From Chrysochromulina tobinii (Eukaryota), in assembly GCA_001275005.1 (NCBI GenBank), contig JWZX01002246.1, forward strand, positions 1 through 44,790: DNA of 44,790 nucleotides. Reading direction: 5' to 3'. The position numbers and the translations under genes were made by a program. Position 1 is the stretch's first letter; every line of letters begins with the position of its first letter. The notes below the pieces were generated by a model that saw only the letters and a list, made by a program, of their open reading frames with translations, made no database searches and was not told the origin of the DNA. Positions 1 to 10,050 of this stretch are shown one piece after another.

Positions 1-804
1 GAGCTCAAAGACGCTTGCGTCGGCGCGCACGATCGGTGCGAGCTCGAGGGCGCCGAGCTCGAGCCGGATGGCGTCCTTGGAGCCACCCAGCTGCGCCTGG
101 CGCGCGCGCGTGAGCAGCTCGCTCGCCACGAGCGACACGACGAGGTTGCCGTACGACTTGCGCTCCTCGGAGATCAGCGAGATCTTGGTGCGCACCACGT
201 CGCCGCTGCCGCCCTTGGCGACGCTCTGCGCAAGGTGCTGCAGATTGATGAAGCCCTGCGCGAGCTCACGCTCGGGCACGCGCGGTCCCCGCCCCTTGAG
301 CAAAAAGTACACGTCGCTCTCCTGCTCTGGACCCTCGAGCGCACGCCGGAGGGTCTCAAGCTTGTCGCCATCGACGGTGAGCGTCTGCGAGAAGTTGAAG
401 TCGAGTTTGGGCGCCGTCTTGCACAGCGGCGGCGTGCGCAGCGGCGTGCCGCCGTCGAGGTCGAGCATATCGACCTCGACCCACACGTCGACGATCGCGC
501 CGTCGCCCACGAGCGCCTCAGAAGCTGTAAGCTCGCCCACGTCGATGCGGATCGCGTCCGACGAGGACACGGGGAACTGAATGCGCCGGAGCGGCTCGAC
601 GGCGATCAGGCTCACCTGGAGCGTCGCGGCCACGCCGCCCCCCTTGCGCTCGAGCTTGAGCGGTAGGTTGATTTGGTCCGTGCCTTGCTTCAGCATCGCC
701 TCGAGGTTGAGATAGCCCTCAGCGAGCTCACGATTCGCGCCCGAGGGCGTGCCGCTGCCCGCAGAGCACACCGAAGCCGACGGCGCCTTCAGCAGCGAAC
801 GATC
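1..804 (-). CDS. Partial gene (runs off window start) with tandem RPGRIP1/RPGRIP1L C-terminal-type C2 domains; likely ciliary transition-zone related
   Basis: Not in the ORF track. Manual translation of the minus frame 804->1 is open: ...RELAEGYLNLEAMLKQGTDQINLPLKLERKGGGVAATLQVSLIAVEPL..SSDAIRIDVGELT..VWVEVDMLDL..LRTPPL..LDFNFSQTLTV..LRRALEG..DVYFLLKG..RELAQGFINL..YGNLVVSLVA..KDAIRLELGAL. The RELAxGxxNL and DAIRxxxGxL units repeat. The start is uncertain: ATG at 696, or ATG at 832 with a 40-nt intron 826-787. Confidence 0.65.
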
Positions 805-842
805 TCATCAACGGGAGATCGCTTACCGACATCACCGCAAGA

Positions 843-1719
843 ATGAAAACAGCTGCGAGCGCGACGGTCCTCGTCATCGGCTCGGGTGCACGTGAGCACG
901 CCATCGCATCTGCACTCGCCCGCAGCCCGCGCAAGCCGTCGTTGCTCTGCTTTGGGTCGGCCAACAATCCTGGCATCCACGCCCTCTGCATGGACGACGG
1001 CTACATGGTGGGCAAGTTGACAGACGTGTCAGCAATTACGTTGTTTGCCCATCAGCGTGGTGCAACGCTCGCGATTTGCGGACCGGAGGCACCGCTCGCC
1101 GCGGGTGTGTCCGATGCCCTCCGCGCCGTTAAGGTTCCCGTCGTGGGCCCATCAGCGCACTTGGCACAGATCGAGAGCAGCAAGGGGTGGGCACTTGAGC
1201 TTCTGCAGCGTCATTGCGTCGCAGGCATCCCCAAGTTCCGCGAGTTCCTCTCCATGGATGGTGCACGCGAGTACCTCGAGGAGCTCGGCGAGGGAAATTA
1301 CGTCGTCAAGGCCGATGGGTTCTGCGGTGGTAAGGGTGTCAAGGTGGCTGGAGACCACCTGAGCTCAATTGACGAGGCGCTTGCGTACTGTGAGGAGTGC
1401 CTTCCACACTTCGTGCTGTGCGAGCGACTGCGTGGCGAGGAGTTTTCGGTTCTCTCTTTCACCGACGGCGAGACGCTCTCGCACATGCCCGCCGTGCAGG
1501 ACCACAAGCGCGCGTACGAGGGCGACCAAGGGCCCAACACGGGGGGCATGGGCACGTACACGTGCGAGGATCACCTGCTGCCTTTCCTCTCGCAGAAGGC
1601 GCTCGATGAAGCGCGCGCAATAAATGGAGCGTGCGTGCGCGCGCTGCGTTGCGAACTCGGCGAGCTCTACCGTGGCATCCTCTACGGTGGCTACATGCTC
1701 ACGCCCAAGGGTGTCATGC

Positions 1720-1750
<31 letters not shown>

Positions 1751-2828
1751 CGAGTGCATCAATTTGCTCGCGCTCCTCGACCATGAGCGCACCGATTTCC
1801 TTACGGTGTGCGAAGCGACTGCCAGCGGCGGGCTCGCACGCGTGCCCGTCCACTTCCAGCCACTCGCCTCGTGCTGCAAGTACGCATGCCCCGAGGGCTA
1901 TCCCGACACGCCGCTTAAGGGCTTCGAGGTGGACCTCAGCGGCCTCGAGTCGCCCGAATTCGCCTTCCTCGGTGCCATCGACCGCGACGCTGCGGGCACG
2001 CTGCGCGGCACCGGCTCGCGCGCCGTCGGAGTCGTCGCGCTCGCCGCCGACCTCAACTCGGCTGAAGCGCGGGCCGAGCGCGAGGTGAGCGCCGTCAAGG
2101 GGTCGCTCTTCCACCGGAGTGACATAGGCAAGGAGCCGCTCGTCGCCTCGCGCGTCAAGCGGATGCTCGAACTGCAGGCGGCGGCCGCCGCGGACGGAGC
2201 CCCTGGGGGGCGTGTCGTGCGCCTTGGTGTGCTAGGCTCCACGCGCGGATCGTCGCTGCAGCCAGTGCTGCGCGCGCTCGCCGCGGGTGTGCTTCGCCAC
2301 GTGACGATTAACCTCGTGCTCAGCAATAAGAAGGACGCTGGCATCCTGCGGCGCGCAGCGCTGCACGGCCTACCGCACGCCCATGTGCCCGTGAACGGCC
2401 GCAGCCGCGATGCGTACGACGCCGAGATCACGCAGCGGCTGGAGGAGGCTGGCTGTGATGCCGTCCTGTGCGTTGGATGGATGCGCATCCTCTCGGCGCC
2501 CTTTTGCATGCGCTGGCGTCAGCGCGCTCTCAACGTGCACCCGTCGCTGCTGCCCGCCTTCGCGGGCGGCATGGACCTCGAGGTGCACTCGGCCGTGCTC
2601 GCGGCCGGCGTGCCGGAGAGCGGCTGCACAGTGCACTTCATCGAGGAGGCGGTAGATGGCGGCCAGATCGTCGTTCAGAAGCGCTGCCCTGTGCTGCCCT
2701 TGGACACGCCCGAGAGCCTCAAGGCGCGCGTGCAGCCCCTCGAGGGCGTCGCCTTCCTCGAGGCGATTGGCATAGTGGCCGCCCAAGTGCGCGCAGCCGC
2801 CTGTTCTGACCCGCCTGCTCTGAGCTGA
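843..2828 (+). CDS. purD-purN: Bifunctional phosphoribosylamine-glycine ligase (GARS/PurD) + phosphoribosylglycinamide formyltransferase (GART/PurN)
   Basis: PurD motifs: VLVIGSGAREHA, GPEAPL, QDHKR..GDQGPNTGGMG, EFNARFGDPE, FHRSDIG (ends ~2130). PurN from ~2213: LGVLGSTRG, GWMRILS, NVHPSLLP, GCTVHF, VDGG. Confidence 0.95.
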
Positions 2829-3330
2829 TCGGTCCCCCACGCTGGATTGTCGTGGTTGAATTGTCGTGGCTGACACGGCGCCGCGCTGTGCCGGCGGAGG
2901 CTGGAGGGGAGCTCCGCGCTGAGGCCCTGTGTGAGCAGCCCCACGAACATGGGAGCAAGGAACACGGGTGCAAATACAAGGAGAGATCTAGAGGGTAAGT
3001 TCAAGTTCAAGTTACTTCATAAACAACAGACAAGAACCTAACGGCTAGGGAATAAAGCCGAAGTATCTAGTATGGAGACTATGGCGGCGATGCCCGAGGT
3101 GTATGCCCTACGCCTGACCGGCCCCTACGTCGAATCAAATGTGCTCTCGTGTCTCGACACTCGAGGCTGGAGATGATGACACGCAACGGAAGGAGCACGA
3201 ACGGGAAGAGTCCAGAGAGGGTAATTCGTTCTCGAGCAAAAGAGTTTGAGGTTTCATTCGCCAGCATCTCGTTGTATCTTTCCGATCTCCGATGCTGCGG
3301 AGCGGCGCTCGATACCAAGCGGAGAAAAAA

Positions 3331-4810
3331 ATGCTCTACGTACTCACCGTTCTCGTCGTGATTCTGCAGACGGTGCAGAGCCTTCGGGCCGGGCCCATCT
3401 CCATGAACGCCATCCAGAGCATCAAGGCGCGCCAGATCTATGTGCGCTGCGCCATCTGAAAGCCCCTCCCGATTGTTCTTTTCCGGGCATGCCCACAAGT
3501 CTCTGTGCATGTCCGTGTGCTCGCAGGACTCGCGCGGCAACCCGACGGTAGAAGTGGACATGGTCGTCGGTGGCGTGCTCTCGCGCGCGTCCGTGCCTTC
3601 CGGCGCCTCGACCGGTGCTTACGAGGCAGTGGAGCTTCGCGACGGTGGCGATCGTCACATGGGCAAGGGCGTGCTCACGGCAGTTGCCAACGTGAACAAC
3701 ATCCTTGCACCCAAGCTCATCGGCATGGACTGCAGGGACCAGACTAAACTCGACATGATGATGAACGAGATCGACGGCACTGCCAACAAAGGGAAGGTCG
3801 GCGCGAATGCCGTGCTTGGCATCTCTCTTGCCGCCTCCAAGGCTGGTGCGGCTGCCAAGGGTGTGCCTCTGTACCGTCACTTTGCCGACCTCGCGGGCAA
3901 TACTCAGCTGATGATGCCCGTGCCGTGCTTCAACGTCATCAACGGCGGCTCGCACGCGGGCAACAAGCTGCCTTTCCAGGAGTACTTCGTGATTCCGACC
4001 GGCGCAGAGACCTTCAAGGAGGGCATGCTCATCGGCACCGAGGTGTACCACAACCTTGCCAAGATCCTCAAGAAGAAGTTTGGCGGCGACGCGACGCTCA
4101 TCGGCGACGAGGGCGGCTTTGCTCCGCCGTGCGATTCGCGCTCGGGCATCGAGCTTGTGATGGAGGCGATTGAGAAGGCGGGCTACCTGGGCTCGTGCAA
4201 GGTGGGCCTGGATGTGGCCGCCTCCGAGTTCAAGGTCAAAGGCAGCCCGAACGGCAAGGATGCCAAGTACGACCTCGGCATGTGGGACACGGCCCCGCAG
4301 CAGATCTCGGGCTCTGAGCTGATGGAGTTCTACGGTGGGCTGATCCGCGACTTCCCGATCGTCACCATCGAGGACGGCTTCGACGAGGACGACTGGGAGA
4401 ACTGGTCAGAAATGGTCACCAAGTACGGCAAGGACGTGCAGATTGTGGGCGATGACCTCACCGTCACCAACCCGACGAAGATCAAGCGTGCCGTGGCCGA
4501 CAAGGCGTGCAACGCGCTGCTGCTCAAGGTCAACCAGATCGGTTCGATCACGGAGGCCATCCAGGCGGTCAAGGACTCCAAGAAGGCAGGCTGGGGCGTG
4601 ATGACGTCGCACCGCTCGGGTGAGACGGAGGACACGTACATCGCAGACCTTGCCGTTGGCCTGTGCACGGGCCAGATCAAGACGGGCGCGCCCTGCCGTT
4701 CGGAGCGCCTCTCAAAGTACAACCAGCTGCTGCGTATCGAGGAGGAGCTTGGCTCGTCTGCCCCGTACGCAGGCGCCAAGTTCCGCACGCCGCTGTGGAT
4801 GAACAAGTAA
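3331..4810 (+). CDS. ENO: Enolase with N-terminal signal-like presequence; exons 3331-3441 and 3527-4810
   Basis: Splicing joins ..[19 protein letters not shown], restoring the conserved enolase N-terminus. Also [56 protein letters not shown]. An in-frame ATG at 3331 encodes [24 protein letters not shown] before Met 3403. Confidence 0.93.
3442..3526 (+). other. Spliceosomal intron (85 nt, GT-AG) in enolase
   Basis: gtgcgc...tcgcag; removal restores the frame and the conserved motif. Confidence 0.9.
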
Positions 4811-5093
4811 GTCATCGTCATGACGAACTTGCAAGAGCCCGTTCGAAAGCATTCAACAGCACATGGCATCGATGGGTTTTTGCATGAGCATGGGGCGGTT
4901 CGGTGACCCCAGTCTCTACACGCGCACCGAACCGCTTGCATTGGGCCTTCTCGCCACTTCTGAAACTGTATTATGTGGTGGGTGTGCTATACGCGCGCGG
5001 TGTATAAGGTGGGTGCGTATGGCGAAGTGTGTATGAGGTTAAATGATTTTAGTGTCACGCATCGTACTGGCCCAGAATGCCTCGTCGGTTAAT

Positions 5094-5984
5094 CTAAAAC
5101 GGCAGCGCTCCTTTGACAGCCTCCGCAGCCTTCCGTGCAACCAAGCCGGTCAATTTGCTGGGCTGCTTCGCAAAGAAGTGCAATGTGCCCCAGACGCCTC
5201 CGAGCAGGGGATCTGGGATTGGTGGCGCGCGATTAACGGCCACATATTCGAGGATCAGCGCCCCGAGAGCCGCGAACACCAGAGCTGAAAAGAGACCAGC
5301 GAAGGTGTCCCCTCCACTGGCGCTGGCGCTCACATGGAGGAACGAGCTGGTATCAACTAACGTAGTCGGTGGCTCGGCAGCACTTGCTGCCGGCACCCCG
5401 ATAGGTGGTGACACAAACGAGGTCTGCTGGAGCCGTGATAGCTCCTCGCGCAGCTGATCGCGCAGCTGCTGCAGCTCATTGAGAGCGGCTTCAGGAGCAT
5501 CTTGTGGTGGCGACGAGGTGGGTGCCGGTGCTGGCGCGCTCTCCAAATATCGTCGGCCCTCGAGCTTCCATTCCTTTGGTAGCAAAGAGGTGGGGTGACG
5601 CAGCACATCGGCAAAGGGAAACGCGTCCATGGCCTCATCATTCATCAGTGGAGCGGCGGCAGAAGGCCTTGGTGATGGTCTTGCAGAGCATCCCTCTAAA
5701 TTGAACGGTGAACACGATAGGAGACCTACGTTCTGCAGCCCATAATATATATTATTCCCGGCGATGCCACCCAGTGAGGCACCCAGGATCCGGGCACCGA
5801 CTACTGTGTCGGGATCTGCTGCTTCAAAATCCAATTCCTTTGTGGGCGCGATTGGCGGCGTTCGTTTAAACGGATCCTCGGAAGCTAGCGCGCAAAGCCG
5901 TCTGCCTCGATTCTGAACGACCAAGGGGCTGAAGGCGAAGGCTTCCGCGCTTGCAACGAGAGCCCCGAAGACCAAGCGCCACAT
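5094..5984 (-). CDS. Hypothetical plastid-targeted membrane protein
   Basis: Starts MWRLVFGALVASAEAFAFSP (signal peptide followed by an AF cleavage motif, then an R-rich transit-like stretch). It has a short coiled coil and a hydrophobic helix (GLFSALVFAALGALILEYV). No family recognised. Confidence 0.65.
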   Translation of the reverse strand: MWRLVFGALVASAEAFAFSPLVVQNRGRRLCALASEDPFKRTPPIAPTKELDFEAADPDTVVGARILGASLGGIAGNNIYYGLQNVGLLSCSPFNLEGCSARPSPRPSAAAPLMNDEAMDAFPFADVLRHPTSLLPKEWKLEGRRYLESAPAPAPTSSPPQDAPEAALNELQQLRDQLREELSRLQQTSFVSPPIGVPAASAAEPPTTLVDTSSFLHVSASASGGDTFAGLFSALVFAALGALILEYVAVNRAPPIPDPLLGGVWGTLHFFAKQPSKLTGLVARKAAEAVKGALPF

Positions 5985-6492
5985 ATCGCGCGACGGACGT
6001 CGCCGCGGTGAGGAGAGATGTCTTTTCCAGGTTTTCGCCTCGGCTGTGAACACAATTTCATTCCACATGATACATCGATGACACCGCGGCCGGTGCCGAC
6101 AGGCGCATGCCGGGCAGCGACCAGCGTGGACACAACCGCGCGCGATGGGGATGGCCCAAGGCCGTAGTAGGCCGAAGCGCGCAAGGCGCATACGTGATAC
6201 AACCGCAAGGCGCAACAACGAACAAGTTGAAACTTCAAGCGAGACCGTCACCGTGGAGCGCGGAGCGGCGTGACCCGCAATCACACCTATATGTGTGTAC
6301 TCAAAAAGAGTCAAGATCGCTGATCGGTACTGAAATATGAATCTTACTAAAAACTCAAATCTTACTCAAAAATCTGGCATGACCGAGCGTCGGGCGGGGG
6401 TACTGTGCACGCATTGTGCACGCATTGTGCAGCGGTATAGTATCTAAGCGAGAAGCGGGTCGGAGAGGCGCTGAGAGCGCACAGACGGCAGC

Positions 6493-8166
6493 TCAGCCTC
6501 CGAGGGGTTGCGTCAGGGGTTGCGGGACGAAGCTCTCGAGAGTGCTACCGCTGGTGAAGAGCAGCACCTCGGGCACGCCCCTGCTCGGCTGCGCCGGCAC
6601 CGCACACACGCCGCCGCCCTTTTCGACGACCTTTTTCATCCCGTCCATCTCCAGGTTGCACTCTGAGAGACGGCGCCCATCATCGAGCGAAAAGACGCTC
6701 AGCATCTGCGAGTGGCAGCCAAGTGCGCTCACCGCGCGACCACCGTGCGAGAAGCTCGGGGTGAAGATCTTGTCCGTGAATTGGCCATCTTTAGGCTTCG
6801 CGTGGCCGCGAAGGCGAAGTTGCGGCGCCGGCGGACGGCGCAGGTCGTGCACCAGTATCTCGGCGGGGTCGACGCTGAGCACGACGTGTTCCGAGAGCGG
6901 AGACCAGCGCACGCAATAGGCGATGCGGCCGTGCACGTCTGCCAAGGGAGACAAGACGGCCGCGCGGGCGTCTGCGCAGCGCGTATCAACGAGAACGACC
7001 TCGCCAGTATTCCCCGTGCAGGCAAGCATGTGGGCATCGCGCCATCGCGCGCACTTGACGACGCCGACATTGGGAAGGTAGGCGTGCGAGCATGTGAGCG
7101 ACGCCTCGCGCAGCAACGAGATGGCGACCGTTTTGTCCTTGGAGCTCGACAGCACTCGCCCGCCGCACTCGTGCATCGAAAAGATGCCACTGCTGTGTGG
7201 GCTGCATGTGGCGAGCTTGAGCGGCTCCTCATCGCGTCCCTTGATCTTGCGCAGGTCCCACAGCACGACTGTCGCATCATCCGATGCTGTCAGCATGAGA
7301 TTAGGATCATCGTCCCCGGCGGCCGCCGAGCAAAATTGCAGGTCAGCCACCCATTTGTTGTGCGCCTTGAAGCTCCAGAGGGGCTCGAGCGGCGGCGCCG
7401 ACGGGTCGTGGAGATGCGATGCACGGTAAAGGCTCACGTAGCCCTGGGAGCCAGCACAGCCCAGGAGCGGCCGAGCGCCCGCACTGACAGTCATCGAGTA
7501 GACGACTTTGCACTTGCCGGTAGTTATGGGCACTGCGCAGCGCCAGCCATGCAACATACCCGATTCGAATGACTCGCTCATCGGCGAACACTCCGGAACG
7601 GCGCTTGCGCCGGCAGCCTTATCGCACAAGTAGCGGAGCACAGAGGAGTCTGAGTAGGTGCCGTCGGCATCGTCGGCGTCGCTGCCGTCGCTGGCATCGT
7701 CGTCGTTGGCGTCCTGAGCGTCATCGTTAGCGCCACTCGCTTCGGAGCGCTTGACCATTGTGCCGCCCGGCGCTCGAGCTCGGAGTGTCCGAGAACTGGG
7801 CGGAGGCGGCGAAGCGGTCCGCCGCCGCTTGCTGACGCCGGTGGAATCGCGCCGCGGAGGCGGCGGCGCGAGCATCGGCTCGATCAGGCCGAGCGAGCGG
7901 AGCACTTCGTTGTTGCGCTCTATGTTGGCCTGGCGCTCAATCTCGTACGCGCTGAGGCCGCCATTGTGCTCCGCAGATGGCGGCGGAGCAGGAGGCGGCG
8001 CGTTTCGCGGCGGTGCAGGAGGCGGCGCGGGTTCAGGCGGCGCGGGTTGCGGCGGCGCAGGAAGCGGCGTGGGCTGGGGCGGCACACGTGACGGCGCGGG
8101 TTGCACACTGGAGAAGGTCAGTGTGCATTGCTTCAGCTTCGGCATAATTATTCCCGCCTTCTCCAT
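6493..8166 (-). CDS. WD40-repeat protein, WDR76/Cmr1-like
   Basis: N-terminal LSAYEIERQANIERNNEVLRSLGL motif typical of WDR76/Cmr1. WD repeats include AHNKWVADLQF..LTASDDATVVLWDL, HSSGIFSM, VRWSP. Pro-rich N-terminus. Confidence 0.75.
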   Translation of the reverse strand: MEKAGIIMPKLKQCTLTFSSVQPAPSRVPPQPTPLPAPPQPAPPEPAPPPAPPRNAPPPAPPPSAEHNGGLSAYEIERQANIERNNEVLRSLGLIEPMLAPPPPRRDSTGVSKRRRTASPPPPSSRTLRARAPGGTMVKRSEASGANDDAQDANDDDASDGSDADDADGTYSDSSVLRYLCDKAAGASAVPECSPMSESFESGMLHGWRCAVPITTGKCKVVYSMTVSAGARPLLGCAGSQGYVSLYRASHLHDPSAPPLEPLWSFKAHNKWVADLQFCSAAAGDDDPNLMLTASDDATVVLWDLRKIKGRDEEPLKLATCSPHSSGIFSMHECGGRVLSSSKDKTVAISLLREASLTCSHAYLPNVGVVKCARWRDAHMLACTGNTGEVVLVDTRCADARAAVLSPLADVHGRIAYCVRWSPLSEHVVLSVDPAEILVHDLRRPPAPQLRLRGHAKPKDGQFTDKIFTPSFSHGGRAVSALGCHSQMLSVFSLDDGRRLSECNLEMDGMKKVVEKGGGVCAVPAQPSRGVPEVLLFTSGSTLESFVPQPLTQPLGG

Positions 8167-8220
8167 TCATTCATGTTAATACACACAACACGTAATCACA
8201 ACACTCCAACACGCAAAGAC

Positions 8221-8802
8221 CAGTAAACCTGGTCGCGCGTTGAAACTGTGAATTGCAGATCATCAAAGCTACACAAGCAGCCTGGTGAGCGCGAAACCCC
8301 GGTCCCTGCTAAAGCTAGACCAGGCTTACATCGCGGTGGGTGGGCGGGAACACTTAACTCTCGAAAGAGAGACCGACATCATGCGCGTCATTGCGCTGCG
8401 AATCTCCCCCAGAGATGCAGAGGTGCCTAGTAGCACTCTATCTGCCGACGAGATGCAGGGTGCCGAGTTCAGCACACGAATCACGATCTGCCTCGTCTAA
8501 ATCTCCCGTTGGGACTAAACCGGATGCGCATCGGATAGGTTCGAGAGCCCCCTTAGGCCTCGCTCTCCGAGCAGCAGATCTCCAGGTATGTATCCCCATG
8601 GTATGCCCAATACCCCAAACGGCAGGGAGACCTCTCCCCGCATACCCCTTCCCCCTGGCCGGGCGACTGTCTGTCTCTCTTCACACGTTGGTTCACGGCC
8701 GCTTAACCGTTGGGGTCAAGCGGCAGTAAACCTGGTCGCGCGTTGAAACTGTGAATTGCAGATCATCAAAGCTACACAAGCAGCCTGGTGAGCGCGAAAC
8801 CC
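8221..8802 (+). repeat. 79-bp direct repeat: 8221-8299 and 8724-8802
   Basis: Both copies read cagtaaacctggtcgcgcgttgaaactgtgaattgcagatcatcaaagctacacaagcagcctggtgagcgcgaaaccc. Confidence 0.95.
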
Positions 8803-9332
8803 AAGGATCGTCGATCCAGCCCAGCCCCGAAAAACCACGGTAGATGGGCGCCTACAGCTGTTGGAGCAGAGACGCTCGAAGCCGAGTAAGAGCCCGCGAC
8901 GGCGGCGAATTAGCCACGAAGCGGAGCGCCGCCCCCACGTACGCGTGGGGTTCGGTAACCTGCGGCACAACAGCCAGCGCCTCAGGCTGCACCTAACCAA
9001 CGTGTGAAGAGAGACAGACAGTCGCCCGGCCAGGGGGAAGGGGTATGCGGGGAGAGGTCTCCCTGCCGTTTGGGGTATTGGGCATACCATGGGGATACAT
9101 ACCTGGAGTTCTGCTGCTCGGAGAGCGAGGCCTAAGGGGGCTCTCGAACCTATCCGATGCGCATCCGGTTTAGTCCCAACGGGAGATTTAGACGAGGCAG
9201 ATCGTGTGCTGAACTCGGCACCCTGCATCTCGTCGGCAGATAGAGTGCTACTAGGCACCTCTGCATCTCTGGGGGAGATTCGCAGCGCAATGACGCGCAT
9301 GATGTCGGTCTCTCTTTCGAGAGTTAAGTGTT
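8349..9332. repeat. ~340-bp near-perfect inverted repeat: arms 8349-8693 and 8995-9332, 301-bp spacer; probable mobile-element remnant
   Basis: The arms are reverse complements. Differences seen: a 7-bp micro-duplication (cacacgaatcacgatct vs cacacgatct) and one substitution (gcagatctcc vs gcagaactcc). Confidence 0.93.
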
Positions 9333-10050
9333 GCAGGGGCCCAATGGTTCGCACCCTCATCCTTCTCTTCGTCATGGGCCAGCCAAGGGTCCGTCGAATA
9401 CAAAATCGCAGCGGACTAACTTTGGACTAATAACTAATACGTAATAGTCGAAACGAAGCAGTGGAACACAGGGTCGCACGACGCCAATTCAACAACTTAA
9501 ATAAAAAAATATAACACGCGGCCGTTGTCCGTATACGTTGACCGCCCGACTCAAGCTCAACGTCGACGACGTCTCACAGTGAGTCTCTCACACACACGCG
9601 GCAGCGTGCGGCAACACGTCGATGCAACACGTCCCACTCATATCCCCAATCTCTCTATCAACGGCTAATTAATGGATTCCAACGGTCTCTCTGCATCATC
9701 TGCATCTCCGGCAGCGCCCTCGCCTCTATCATCATCACATCAATCCGCCGTGCCGCTCAGGAGACCCCTTTCGCTGCTGCCATGTAACCTACGTAGCGCC
9801 CAGAACGGCGCGAGGCATGGGACGTTCTCACCATAGATTGATCCATATATCTTCATATCCACGCCCCAGTATGTGCGCGGACGCGGCATCGATGCGCTGG
9901 CCTCGAGAAGCCTCGAGAGCACGAGAGGAGGAGCCGCGTTCGATATCCCTCGCGGCAGGCCGACGACTAGCCACCGTCCCAAGGCTGAAATCTCAGAAGC
10001 AGACACGGATGAAATGCGGCGTCGCCTCTACAGCTGCTGCACGTGCGCAA

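Noticed and set aside
630..650. Possible frameshift at the C run in the C2-domain gene
   Set aside because: Counting six C's keeps the frame (ERKGGGVAATL).
3440..3526. ORF-track N-terminus of enolase (MCAAPSES...)
   Set aside because: This is intron sequence; the real upstream exon restores KARQIY|DSRGNPT.
5985..6314. N-terminal extension of the 406-aa ORF
   Set aside because: It starts at a non-ATG codon and looks non-coding; the signal peptide begins at ATG 5984.
6341..6431. Short tandem duplications (aatcttact.. x2; tgtgcacgcat x2.5)
   Set aside because: Ordinary slippage repeats in intergenic or UTR DNA, with no further support.
8511..8552. tRNA or SINE-like B box (ggttcgagagccc)
   Set aside because: It does not fit GTTCRANNC, and I could not fold a cloverleaf.
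8221..8802. CRISPR array or LTR pair
   Set aside because: Only two 79-bp copies about 500 bp apart, no spacer series or cas genes, and no TG..CA ends or primer-binding site seen.
8248..9430. ORFs inside the repeat block as a transposase or other protein
   Set aside because: No recognisable motifs; the two copies differ by a 7-bp frameshifting indel; the similarity between the ORFs just reflects the DNA repeat.
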